DNA of 30,849 nt. Source: Verrucomicrobiota bacterium. GTDB taxonomy: Bacteria > Verrucomicrobiota > Verrucomicrobiia > Verrucomicrobiales > DEV007. The notes beneath the pieces are model-generated. The model was given only the letters and a program-made list of their open reading frames with translations, had not been told where the DNA came from and did no database searches. The DNA lies in the NCBI GenBank assembly GCA_045046875.1, contig JASFYY010000094.1, positions 1 to 30,849 of the forward strand, read 5' to 3'. A program made the translations under genes and the position numbers. Below are positions 1 to 9,520 of the stretch, one piece after another (within the stretch, counting starts at the first letter, position 1; every line of letters starts with the position of its first letter).

Positions 1-1031
1 GTTGCCAACATGATGTTCATAATTCCAATCCCCCCCACCAATAGCGAAATCGCTGCGATCGAGCCTAGCACTATGTTAAAAATCTGCTTGGTTCGAGCCG
101 CTTGACGCAACAACTCCAATGGCACCACCATTTTATAATCCATATTCTTGTGGTTGCGACTGAGCAAATGTTTGATGGCATCAGCCGCAGCGACCACTTT
201 ATCAGGATCTTCGATTTTCACTGTGACTTCATGTAATTCCACCTTCTCGGCTTCAAAGCTACCCGAGCGGAATTTGACCAACACTTCGCCAAAACGCTCT
301 AACAAGGTGCTGAGTGGCAACAACATCTCCATCGTAGCCTCGCCCTCATCCTTTCCTCCACCCGTATCTCCACCCAAACCACCTCCTGAACCTGATCCCA
401 CCGCTTGACGGCTCTCGATAATCCCAATCACGGTATAATAACTCGTTTGCAAACGAACTTCTTGCCCCAGAGCTTCACTCAAAGGGAAAAGCTTAGCTGC
501 CATATCAGAATTCAATACACAAACGTTGGAGCGATCCTTCATTTCAATTTCGGTGAAAAATCGCCCTCGCAACAACTCGCGGTTACGCATCACAGGGTAC
601 CACGGTACCGTCCCCATAATGACCGCATCCACGTTTCGTTCAATGCGCCAAACAAAGTCCTGCAACTTTCTTCCCGGAACCACCACACTCACCCCTGGAA
701 TAGTGGCTTGAATTTGATCAATATCCCGGAACGTCAGGCCATATTCTAAAATAAAACTGCGCTCTTCTTTCCCCGCGCTCGCACTGTTGGTAGCCTTGAT
801 GCTCTGTAAAATAATGTTCTGGCTACCCAGATTCTTAATTTGCTCCTGGGCCTCATGACTGGCACCTTCCCCAATCGCCAGCATAGCAATCACCGAGGCC
901 ACTCCGAATACAATGCCCATGGCCGTCAACATGGAACGCAATTTGTGCATCCACAGACTCTTCACACCAAGCAGTATGGTTCTTTCCAAGCGCGCGGGGG
1001 ATATCCCCTCTATAAAAGATGTCCAGGTCAT
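1..1031 (-). CDS. MacB-like ABC transporter permease (FtsX-type), 3' end outside the window
   Basis: Not in the ORF track; read by hand from ATG at 1031, which overlaps the ATPase stop (ATGA). N-terminus MTWTSFIEG...[32 protein letters not shown]...[10 protein letters not shown]; at the window edge [11 protein letters not shown]. Both are hallmark MacB permease motifs. Confidence 0.93.
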   Translation of the reverse strand, partial: MTWTSFIEGISPARLERTILLGVKSLWMHKLRSMLTAMGIVFGVASVIAMLAIGEGASHEAQEQIKNLGSQNIILQSIKATNSASAGKEERSFILEYGLTFRDIDQIQATIPGVSVVVPGRKLQDFVWRIERNVDAVIMGTVPWYPVMRNRELLRGRFFTEIEMKDRSNVCVLNSDMAAKLFPLSEALGQEVRLQTSYYTVIGIIESRQAVGSGSGGGLGGDTGGGKDEGEATMEMLLPLSTLLERFGEVLVKFRSGSFEAEKVELHEVTVKIEDPDKVVAAADAIKHLLSRNHKNMDYKMVVPLELLRQAARTKQIFNIVLGSIAAISLLVGGIGIMNIMLA

Positions 1032-1759
1032 TCGCTTTCAGGAGGTTGGATCTCTTGTTTACCACCGAACATGGAATCAAATTCCACCTGCCCATCCCGC
1101 AACCGAATCGTCCTCGAAGTGCGATCCGCCATGCCTTCGTCATGAGTGATCAGGATCAATGTTTTGCCCTGTTCATTCAGCTCATCAAAGATCCGTAATA
1201 TATCCCCCCCCGATTTCGAATCCAAATTACCCGTCGCCTCATCAGCGAGAATCACTGCGGGATCATTGGCCAATGCCCGGGCAATCGCCACGCGTTGCTG
1301 CTGCCCCCCTGACAACTCGGTCGGCCGGTGATCCAGACGCTCTCCCAAACCCACTTGCTCTGCCAGTTTGATTCCCCTTTCCCTGCTCTCGGCCGCCGGC
1401 ACACCTTGATAATAAAGCGGCACTTCAATGTTCTCAACCACCGATAACTGCTGGATCAAATTATAACTCTGAAAAATAAAACCCAATCGTTTCCCGCGTA
1501 CTTGTGACAAATCATCATCATCCAAATGGGAAACATCCTTGCCTTCTAATAAATACTCCCCCACCGAGGGCTGGTCCAAGCAACCTAATATATTAAGCAT
1601 GGTGGATTTGCCGCCACCCGAGGGACCTAGAATGCTAATGTAATTTCCTGGAAATATTTTCAGGGAAATACCGCGCAGAGCCTTCACCGTGAATGAGCCC
1701 ATTTGATAGTGTTTTTCAACACCTTTAAGCTCAATAATGGGTTCTATTGCGTCACTCAT
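1028..1759 (-). CDS. ABC transporter ATP-binding protein, MacB/LolD family
   Basis: Walker [19 protein letters not shown], signature [15 protein letters not shown], Walker [13 protein letters not shown]-loop LITHD. ATG at 1759 has GGAGG about 10 nt upstream and is preferred over GTG 1768. Confidence 0.95.
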   Translation of the reverse strand: MSDAIEPIIELKGVEKHYQMGSFTVKALRGISLKIFPGNYISILGPSGGGKSTMLNILGCLDQPSVGEYLLEGKDVSHLDDDDLSQVRGKRLGFIFQSYNLIQQLSVVENIEVPLYYQGVPAAESRERGIKLAEQVGLGERLDHRPTELSGGQQQRVAIARALANDPAVILADEATGNLDSKSGGDILRIFDELNEQGKTLILITHDEGMADRTSRTIRLRDGQVEFDSMFGGKQEIQPPESE

Positions 1760-1795
1760 ACGTGGCACCCTCCAGTCATGATTAAAGGCACAGGC

Positions 1796-3574
1796 TCAAG
1801 CTTTGCGCTTTTCTCCCTTCTTCCCCTCCACTCCCGCGGTGCGAGACACCTTGTCTTTACGCCCCTTGCGTGCACCCGGATCATCATAGCCATCTGGCTT
1901 TTTGAGCAAAACCTCGTCCCCCTCTTCCAAGCCCTTTTTGACCTCGATGAACTCGTCGTTATGCGCCCCTATGTCCACAGCCCGGCGCTCATAGTTATCC
2001 CCATCCATCACAAAAGTGAAGTGAGCTTCATCTTCAAAGAAAACCGACTGCACAGGGATGTAAACAACACTCTTAAGCTCGCTCACCACAATCTCAACCT
2101 TGGCCGTCATGCCGGGCATCAACCAATCATGTTCCCCGTCAATCTCGATCCGGGTCGGATACACCTTCAACGAAGGATTATAGCGCGAGGCATTGGAGTC
2201 GGGCAAAACCGCGACCTTGGTTACTTTGCCTGTCAGCGTCCGGTCAGCTACCGCGTCAACCGTGATGCGAGCCATCTGCCCCAATTCAATTTTTTTGATA
2301 TGAGATTCGTGAATGTCCACATCCACCGCCAGCTTAGACATATCTGGTATCGTGATGATCGCCTGACCTCGTCTCAGATCCGCTCCCTCCTGTACCGTAG
2401 TGTCCCGACTGTAACGATCCTTTTTGGCCGGACCATAAGCTACCAAACCGGTCTGGGTCGCTCTGATCACACAACTTTCCAACTGCTCCTGCAAGTCAGC
2501 ACGTTTCTGTATTTGTAATTCATAACGCCGTCTTGCGGTACGGAAGCGCGCTTCCATTTGCGCCATCTTGGCCATCGCCTCACGTTTTTCCCGAATCAAT
2601 TCAAGCAAGGCCTCTTCATAACCGGAAAGCATCTTTTCTGCTTCCTTGGGATATTCGTAATCACGAAACAAGTCCAACTCGGTAGCAGCGGTCTGCACCT
2701 TGAGTTTTGCTTTTTCAAGGTTCACCATTTCGTTTTCCAATGTGGTTTTGGTGATGAACTCCTTCGCCCGCAAACGTTTGGCTCCTTCGACCCCTTCAGC
2801 CACCACGCTCAACTCGGTCTTGGCAACCAGTGACTCATCCTTCAAGCGACGCATGGTCTGCTCTGCCTCACCTTCGCTCAATTTATTCTTTGCCAGAAAC
2901 TCTTCAAAATTCACGCTCACTGCAAGACTGCCCTCTTCATTGAGCACTTCTTCCTCCTTTTTGATCACCACTTTGTCGGTTAATTTGGACGAATCAAAAC
3001 TCGACAGGATTTTCTGGGTCTCTTCCTCTTCGTAACTTTCAGCCGTCTCATTATCGTAAGGCAAACCCACCGTAGACAAAATTTCCTTGGAAGCTTTTTG
3101 TCCAACAAACTTTTGAAAATCCAGCAAGGAAAAACGCATATTCTGACGCTCCAACTTGATCTGGCTCTGGCTCTGACTTTCCTGAATCTCTAAATTCTGC
3201 TTAGCCTCTGCGTAAGTCGCTTCCGTTTGTTGAAAATCCACATCGTGCCCGATAATTTGTTCTTCGATCTCTGACGGATCCAAACGAACCAAAACCTTGC
3301 CATCCTTCACGTCCTGATCAGTCACCTCGTAACCTTCTTCAATGATGGTCAGAACTTTGGTGCCTGATGAAATCCTAACTTCATTTTTCACCTCCAAATA
3401 TTCCATCGCCCGGATATTCCCCCCCTCAAGCACATGGATCACCAAATCCCCACGCACCGTCTCAAACACCGGTGTATCCTGCGCCACACTGTCACCGCCA
3501 CTGAATACTCCTTTCCAGAGAAGCACTCCGCCTAACACCACCGCCAGAGCAATATATATTGTTTTTTTACTCAT
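1796..3574 (-). CDS. Efflux periplasmic adaptor / membrane fusion protein (HlyD/MacA family), unusually long
   Basis: N-terminal membrane anchor, lipoyl halves (IIEEGYEV..GKVLVRLD; IRATQTGLVAY), long helical region, beta-barrel (PDMSKLAVDVDIHESHIKKIELGQ, LMPGMTAKVEI), GLEEGDEV. Confidence 0.9.
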   Translation of the reverse strand: MSKKTIYIALAVVLGGVLLWKGVFSGGDSVAQDTPVFETVRGDLVIHVLEGGNIRAMEYLEVKNEVRISSGTKVLTIIEEGYEVTDQDVKDGKVLVRLDPSEIEEQIIGHDVDFQQTEATYAEAKQNLEIQESQSQSQIKLERQNMRFSLLDFQKFVGQKASKEILSTVGLPYDNETAESYEEEETQKILSSFDSSKLTDKVVIKKEEEVLNEEGSLAVSVNFEEFLAKNKLSEGEAEQTMRRLKDESLVAKTELSVVAEGVEGAKRLRAKEFITKTTLENEMVNLEKAKLKVQTAATELDLFRDYEYPKEAEKMLSGYEEALLELIREKREAMAKMAQMEARFRTARRRYELQIQKRADLQEQLESCVIRATQTGLVAYGPAKKDRYSRDTTVQEGADLRRGQAIITIPDMSKLAVDVDIHESHIKKIELGQMARITVDAVADRTLTGKVTKVAVLPDSNASRYNPSLKVYPTRIEIDGEHDWLMPGMTAKVEIVVSELKSVVYIPVQSVFFEDEAHFTFVMDGDNYERRAVDIGAHNDEFIEVKKGLEEGDEVLLKKPDGYDDPGARKGRKDKVSRTAGVEGKKGEKRKA

Positions 3575-5339
3575 TTGCTTCTGTTTTTAGTTTTTTCACC
3601 CATGACCCATCCTTATTTATATACAAAATGCCCATGTCCTGCCAAAGTGCCAATCTCGCCAGCGTATGATCTACTATAGCAGAGGTTCGTTGGTTCTGCG
3701 AATTAGTAAGGTCCTGCTGCGCCTCAACCAGGTCCCTGGCCTTGCCTCCACCCAACTCCCCAAGCAGCTCCTGCTCCTCCAGACGACGTTGCGCCAGATT
3801 CACCCCCGAAATGCTGATCGCAAAGTTTCTCTGTGCTTGATCCAGAGCACGCCAATCGTCAAAAATATCAAGCCGGAGCTGATCATAAGCCAAATCCAAA
3901 TTCCGTTTACTTTGTTCCAACGCAACAAAGGCCGCACGATATGTATTGCGCTCAGCTTTACGGTTAAATGGCAAATCCACTTCCAAACCTGCATTCCAGT
4001 TTTTCCGATTAAAATCCAATTTCGGAGTACCGTCTATTGAAGGACTATTGATATCATAACCTCCAACCACGTCCAAGCCAGGACGCAACCCCACCTTGGC
4101 CACTTTGATTTTCCGATCAGCATCAATGCGTCGGTCATTAGCGGTGATCAAATCCGGCCGTGCTGAAATCGCCACATTCACCGCCTGACTCCGGGAAAGC
4201 TGCGGCAGTTCCAACTCCAACTTTCTCAACTCATCCACATCCAATACGATCTTGGACTCCACCGGCATTCCCAAGGTAATCTTAAACTCATCAAGTTGCT
4301 GCTGGTAAGAACGCAGTTCGTTCACCCAGCCTCCCTCAAGCCTGAGCGACGCTTGCTGCAATAATCCTAATTCAGTTTGGGTCCTGCGATCCTCCTCCGC
4401 CAAAGCCGTCTCTCTCTCCACACTCTTAACAAATCCTTGATACCCGGTCCAAGTATTCATCACACGATCGCGGGCGCGCAGCACATTATAATAGTCGGAT
4501 ACCACCCCCACGATAAATTCACGTCTAAAATTAGCGAAATCCCGCAAAGTATAAAGCAGCTCCCGTTCAGCCTGGGTGAGGTTCTCCATCGTAGCCAGAT
4601 AACCTCCCCCTTTTAACAGCGGTTGAGCCAGGGTCACCGCCAGCTTCGAATTATTAACCGATCGATCCCCGCCCAGCAGGCGCAGAAAATCACTGGTGAA
4701 ATCAACCGCGATTCGAGCACCGGTTCGCTGCAACATCGAAACCCCCGCATTGGCTTGACGAGTGAATGAATTAGTCGCCACCAGGTTATCCACGCCTCGC
4801 TCGATATTGCTGGCTAATTGCGCGGACGAACTGCCTGTAGCTCCACTGGTTTCCCTACCTCGCGCCAATGACCCGTCTCCCGAGAAAATGGGTGCAAAAT
4901 CCCATCGGGCGAGTGTTAATTCCAAGGCCTGCAGATAAATCGTCTCCTTGCGGGTCAGGTAGTTGCGGTTGTGCTTGATGGCTAATTCCAAGGAATCGGA
5001 CATTTTCAACACTTCCGCCCCCTTCTCCAGGCGCTGGCCATCCTCTCCGAGGAAGTCCGAGCGCTGATGACTCTTTGCCAGATTTTTTAATATAATCTTT
5101 GGCTCATGCTCAATCGAAAAATCGGAATCCACATTGTCCACCTGGGACGCATCCTCAGACAAAATGCCATAAGTTTCTTTATCCGCCGATTTCCTGTAAT
5201 GAGAAGACGTGCACGCCGATAAAACCAGACACAATCCTATTGCCACTATTCCGGGAAAATAACGAACTCGTTCATTGGTCTTGGTTTCAAATGGCATGCG
5301 CAACTCGAATTTTGACCACCACCCCGTCACTTTGTTCAT
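3567..5339 (-). CDS. TolC-family outer membrane efflux lipoprotein
   Basis: Lipobox LVLSA|C, LELAIKHNRNYL, TLAQPLLKGGG, LDVVGGY, GLEVDLPFNR, DLVEAQQDLTNSQ; lies in an efflux operon. The true start may be ATG 5297 (MPFETK). Confidence 0.88.
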   Translation of the reverse strand: MNKVTGWWSKFELRMPFETKTNERVRYFPGIVAIGLCLVLSACTSSHYRKSADKETYGILSEDASQVDNVDSDFSIEHEPKIILKNLAKSHQRSDFLGEDGQRLEKGAEVLKMSDSLELAIKHNRNYLTRKETIYLQALELTLARWDFAPIFSGDGSLARGRETSGATGSSSAQLASNIERGVDNLVATNSFTRQANAGVSMLQRTGARIAVDFTSDFLRLLGGDRSVNNSKLAVTLAQPLLKGGGYLATMENLTQAERELLYTLRDFANFRREFIVGVVSDYYNVLRARDRVMNTWTGYQGFVKSVERETALAEEDRRTQTELGLLQQASLRLEGGWVNELRSYQQQLDEFKITLGMPVESKIVLDVDELRKLELELPQLSRSQAVNVAISARPDLITANDRRIDADRKIKVAKVGLRPGLDVVGGYDINSPSIDGTPKLDFNRKNWNAGLEVDLPFNRKAERNTYRAAFVALEQSKRNLDLAYDQLRLDIFDDWRALDQAQRNFAISISGVNLAQRRLEEQELLGELGGGKARDLVEAQQDLTNSQNQRTSAIVDHTLARLALWQDMGILYINKDGSWVKKLKTEANE

Positions 5340-8300
5340 ATTTCTTTACTATCTGCCTCAAAAAGAAAGGCCAGATCTTCTTTTTTCAGATTGCGGGCAA
5401 AACCTTCCTCACCCAGCACCCCAGTCATCATCTGTCTTTTCTGCTGCTGCAGAATGCGGATTTTCTCCTCCACGGTATCTTTCATCAGCAAACGGTAGGC
5501 AATCACCTTGCTTTCCTGCCCAATACGGTGCGTCCGGTCAATCGCCTGCGCTTCAACCGCGGGGTTCCACCATGGGTCGTAAAGCACCACATAAGAAGCT
5601 GCAGTCAGATTCAAACCACTGCCACCGGCTTTCAACGACAGCAGGAACACTTCAGGATCTTCCGATTGCTGGAATTTCTCGATCACTTGCTCACGATCCT
5701 GGGTCTGTCCGGTCAGATAACAATAAGGGCGATCCTCTTTATCCAAACGATCGCGAATAATATCCAGCATTTTCACAAACTGACTGAATACCAAAACTTT
5801 GTGCCCTTCTTCTTTCAATTGATCCAGAACATAAAACAAGGCCGTCATTTTAGCGCTTGATGCCTCTTTCAAAGACGGATCAATCAAGCCCGGGTGACAA
5901 CAAATCTGACGCAAGCGCATCAAACCCTGTAGGATAACAAAGCTGTTTTTGCGCAACGACTCATCACTCTCGATTCCCATGAGGATTTTCTGGATGCGCT
6001 CCAGCTCGCCTTGATACATTTCGGCCTGCACCGATTCCAAATCGCAAAACACATCTTCTTCGGTTTTCGGCGGCAGGTCGAGTGCCACTTCCCCCTTCGT
6101 GCGTCGCAACAAAAACGGTCGCAACCGAGCTGACAAACGAAGCTCCGCCTGTTCATCCTTGCGGTTGTCAAAACGATCCTTGAAATACTTTCTATTACCC
6201 AGGATGCCCGGCATGGAGAAAGCCATCAGGCTCCAAATATCCAACAAACGGTTTTCGATCGGCGTTCCGGTCAATACCAGTCGATTAGTCGCCCGCAACA
6301 GTCTCGCAGCCTTGGCGGCTTTTGAATCCGGGTTTTTGATCTGTTGCCCCTCATCGAGAATCACCGCCAACCACTCAACCGTCAACATTTCCTCAGAACA
6401 AGAACGCAATTGCGAATAATTGATCACCAACAGGTCGATTTCTTTCTCCACCCGCGCCATGTCGAGCTCCTGACGATTTCTCAGCACCTGCACCCTGATT
6501 TCCGGGGCTGCCTTTTTGACCTCTGCCGCCCACACGTCCAAGACCGACTTAGGGCACACCACCAACGACGGAGACCGGCCCTCTGCGGGAGTATTTTCCC
6601 TCAGCCATAATAACCAGCACAGTGCCTGGATCGTTTTACCCAAACCCATGTCATCTGCCAAAATGCCACCAAAATGGTTGGCAGATAAGTAGGCCAGGAA
6701 ATGAAACCCTTCTTCCTGGTAGGGCCGCAAATCCACCGATAAATTGTCCGGAACCGCAGGACGCACCTCCAATTTCAACTGATTAGAACGTTGCGATATT
6801 TTTTTCCAGGTTTCCTCGTCAAACACTTCTTCTGCCATCGGCTCGGCCAACTGCAGCACGTGCATGCGGTGGGTTTCCCCGGAGAGATCAAAAGGATCGA
6901 TGCCGATTTTGCTCACCGCCACCCGCTGTTCTTCGCTCATCTTCATCTGCAAGCGCAGCCAACCGCCATCTTTCATGCGCACATAGCCCCCGCGTGCAGC
7001 CACTAGATCCTTGATCTCGCCCTCGGACAAGTCATGCCCATCGACCTTGACCACCACCTTCAAATCGAACCAATCAATCTCCTGGTTCACCACTTCAAAA
7101 CTAACACTGGCCTCGACCGGTGCCGCGCTCAAAGTCGCCAGGTCTTCATCCGGCCGTATCGTGATCTCCTCGGGCAAACTCTCCAGCCATTCTGCGTATT
7201 TTTCAGGAAAATTCTTAGTCACCCGACTGCGAAACGCTCCGGCTGTCCGGTCAAAAGTCAACGCCATGGGCTCTAACAACTCCGCAATCTGAAATAACAC
7301 ATTACGGTCATAGCGAAACAAAAACTCCTCTTCCTGCTGATCCTTCACCACTTCCCAGCCCTCCTTGCCCAATACCTCTTCGCGCGTCCCTTCTTCATTT
7401 CTCGCCACCACTCGCACCAACAAATGCTCGCTGGCAGCCCCGGTCGCCTGGTCAGACAAACCGACCTCCAAGGTGACCGCCAAACCCTCATCCTTGACCC
7501 GCCCTTCCAACGAAGCCGGCAGTGTCGATCCGACACTTGCTAAAAACTTAACTCCAGCCTCACTTTCCACCGTCTCACGGGGAATCACATAACGAGGTTG
7601 CACTTCTGTGCCTTCGATCCAACAAGCCGGGCCGCTGAACAAAGTTTCATCCGACAAATACAAATTGCGTTCACCTGGCAACAGGCGCAGAAAGTGGGTC
7701 ACATCCACCGCCTCGCCCGTCTGCAACTGCAGCTCCAAATCACTACTGCCCTGTAAGTCATCCTGACACACCCAACTCAAAGGAGCCTCTATCCGGCGGA
7801 AAGGCTCCTCGTCCAGAGTCACAATGCGATCCTTCAATACTTCCTGATGAAACAAACGGTTCAACAAACGGCAGTCCACCAGCCGATCCAAACGCAGAAC
7901 CCCTTCAAACTCATCATCATCCCTGCTCGCATCCATTTCCGCGGCCAAACCCAACACACTCGTCCATAACAACTCCGAAGCCGCGCCCAATCTCACTGAC
8001 CCGCCTTCATACTGCTCTTTGAGCATCTCAAAGGCATCCAAATCCTTCACTACCTCAAAACTCCCTTGCTCATCCTTTTTCCATAACAGACGCCCCTCGC
8101 GTCCACCAATGCGCAAGCGGAATTCACCCTGAATCACCTCCTGGGTGCTAGGGCGCTCATCCGCAAAACCCATCGTCCGGCGCCACTGACTGACTTCCCG
8201 TTCACGTTCCCAGGCCCGCAACTGCTGTTCCGTCCACCCAAAATCCGTCACCTCATCCATGAAACCCGGATACTCCATGCCCGCCTTGCGGAAAGTATAA

Positions 8301-8836
8301 GCGAGATAGTTCCAGAATTCCTTGATGTTCTTAGGCAGGGTTGGCCACAAAGATAAAGCATCAAAAGACTCCACCGGCCAACGCGGACACAATCTCACCA
8401 GGTCCGAATCAAAAATTTCCTGCTCCATCTCAAAACGACGGTAACGCCGTTCGAGTTTATTGATGAACTCATCCTCATCCGTATTCAAAGTTCGGCCCAA
8501 GCCACCTTCGATCAAGTCTGTCAGTGATTCTTCCCCCACTTCATTGGGCACCTCGGGCAACTCCGCCCCACGCGCCATGCGTTCAAGCATCGTCGCATAC
8601 AGCGCGGCATCGCCTCCCTCGTTCGAGGGACAAGTGCTTTCACCCGTCCAATCATTGCCTTGCAGCTTCAAAGTGGTACGACAAGTCCATGACTGGTCGT
8701 CCACCCGACCTTGTATATAAAGATGATTACCAAAAATCTGCGCCACAGCCCCTTCGTCGTGCAAACGCTGCCCCTCCTTACGAATAGGCTCTGAAAAAGA
8801 ATTGAGATAGTTTAAAGTCGCGCGGTCTGGATTCAT
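5336..8836 (-). CDS. SNF2-family (SWI2/SNF2) helicase-like ATPase with degenerate SWIM region
   Basis: LRPYQEEG, GILADDMGLGKT, VILDEGQQIKN, LTGTPIEN, FLLRRTK, LRQICCHP, VLVFSQF, LSLKAGGSGLNL, DPWWNPAVEAQAIDRTHRIGQ. Start placed at ATG 8836 because a TATAAT lies within the TTG-8902 extension. Confidence 0.95.
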   Translation of the reverse strand: MNPDRATLNYLNSFSEPIRKEGQRLHDEGAVAQIFGNHLYIQGRVDDQSWTCRTTLKLQGNDWTGESTCPSNEGGDAALYATMLERMARGAELPEVPNEVGEESLTDLIEGGLGRTLNTDEDEFINKLERRYRRFEMEQEIFDSDLVRLCPRWPVESFDALSLWPTLPKNIKEFWNYLAYTFRKAGMEYPGFMDEVTDFGWTEQQLRAWEREREVSQWRRTMGFADERPSTQEVIQGEFRLRIGGREGRLLWKKDEQGSFEVVKDLDAFEMLKEQYEGGSVRLGAASELLWTSVLGLAAEMDASRDDDEFEGVLRLDRLVDCRLLNRLFHQEVLKDRIVTLDEEPFRRIEAPLSWVCQDDLQGSSDLELQLQTGEAVDVTHFLRLLPGERNLYLSDETLFSGPACWIEGTEVQPRYVIPRETVESEAGVKFLASVGSTLPASLEGRVKDEGLAVTLEVGLSDQATGAASEHLLVRVVARNEEGTREEVLGKEGWEVVKDQQEEEFLFRYDRNVLFQIAELLEPMALTFDRTAGAFRSRVTKNFPEKYAEWLESLPEEITIRPDEDLATLSAAPVEASVSFEVVNQEIDWFDLKVVVKVDGHDLSEGEIKDLVAARGGYVRMKDGGWLRLQMKMSEEQRVAVSKIGIDPFDLSGETHRMHVLQLAEPMAEEVFDEETWKKISQRSNQLKLEVRPAVPDNLSVDLRPYQEEGFHFLAYLSANHFGGILADDMGLGKTIQALCWLLWLRENTPAEGRSPSLVVCPKSVLDVWAAEVKKAAPEIRVQVLRNRQELDMARVEKEIDLLVINYSQLRSCSEEMLTVEWLAVILDEGQQIKNPDSKAAKAARLLRATNRLVLTGTPIENRLLDIWSLMAFSMPGILGNRKYFKDRFDNRKDEQAELRLSARLRPFLLRRTKGEVALDLPPKTEEDVFCDLESVQAEMYQGELERIQKILMGIESDESLRKNSFVILQGLMRLRQICCHPGLIDPSLKEASSAKMTALFYVLDQLKEEGHKVLVFSQFVKMLDIIRDRLDKEDRPYCYLTGQTQDREQVIEKFQQSEDPEVFLLSLKAGGSGLNLTAASYVVLYDPWWNPAVEAQAIDRTHRIGQESKVIAYRLLMKDTVEEKIRILQQQKRQMMTGVLGEEGFARNLKKEDLAFLFEADSKEI

Positions 8837-8869
8837 GTAAAAGGAAATGTGGCAGTCTAAAAAGCCATT

Positions 8870-8875
8870 ATTATA
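8870..8875 (-). promoter_or_regulatory. Putative -10 box (TATAAT) for the SNF2-efflux transcript
   Basis: Perfect TATAAT on the minus strand about 35 nt upstream of ATG 8836; no correctly spaced -35 seen. Confidence 0.35.
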
Positions 8876-9415
8876 TGACTCTCCGCTCTCCAATTTTTGC
8901 AAGCAGCGAAGGAGGCTCCCTTACCATCAAAGCCCCCCTCCAGCAAGCCCCCCTTTCACGAAACACCCGATTCTGACGCAAAAACGAGCATCTACAGGAA
9001 AAAAAGTCCAATAAACGACTCGAAGCCGTAAATATGCCGCCCCACAAAGCTCAAATCCACAGTGCTCAAAAAAACGATGCGCGCAACTATCGCGCATCAA
9101 ACCCTGACGCATGCTTTATGGGCCGCGGTAATTAATGAATAGCTCAAAATGAGCCGAATTTCTGATTTCCGCCAAGGCTCCTAGATTTCCCAAGGTCTGG
9201 CCGCTCCCTCTTTTTCATCATTCTGAGAACCTCGCCCCTGAAGCATCATCTCGCCCAAATCCCTGGCATTTTCGATATAAAATCCCAGTATCCACGTTTC
9301 ATCAAAACAAACGCAATTTCCCAGATTTACAGTAAAATATATAACTTTTTTTCATAAAAATAGCCAGTTCCTCCGATAGGACGCAAAAAACCAGCCCCGC
9401 TAAGCATAGTTTTTC

Positions 9416-9476
9416 TTGACGTACTGTGAAAAATAGCGATATATACAATATGCGAATAGAGCGATATATCCTATTC
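9416..9476 (+). promoter_or_regulatory. Putative promoter/operator of the H1-like AP2 gene
   Basis: TTGACG at 9416-9421 followed by an AT-rich -10 region; direct repeat AGCGATATAT at 9435-9444 and 9460-9469; dyad GAATAG..GATATATC.CTATTC at 9454-9476. Confidence 0.45.
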
Positions 9477-9520
9477 CGACCTAACCGGAGGCTCCCGGCT
9501 CCACAACCTACCCAAGAAAA

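Noticed and set aside
8837..8902. N-terminal extension of SNF2-1 from TTG 8902
   Set aside because: It contains a perfect TATAAT and looks non-coding; ATG 8836 is more plausible.
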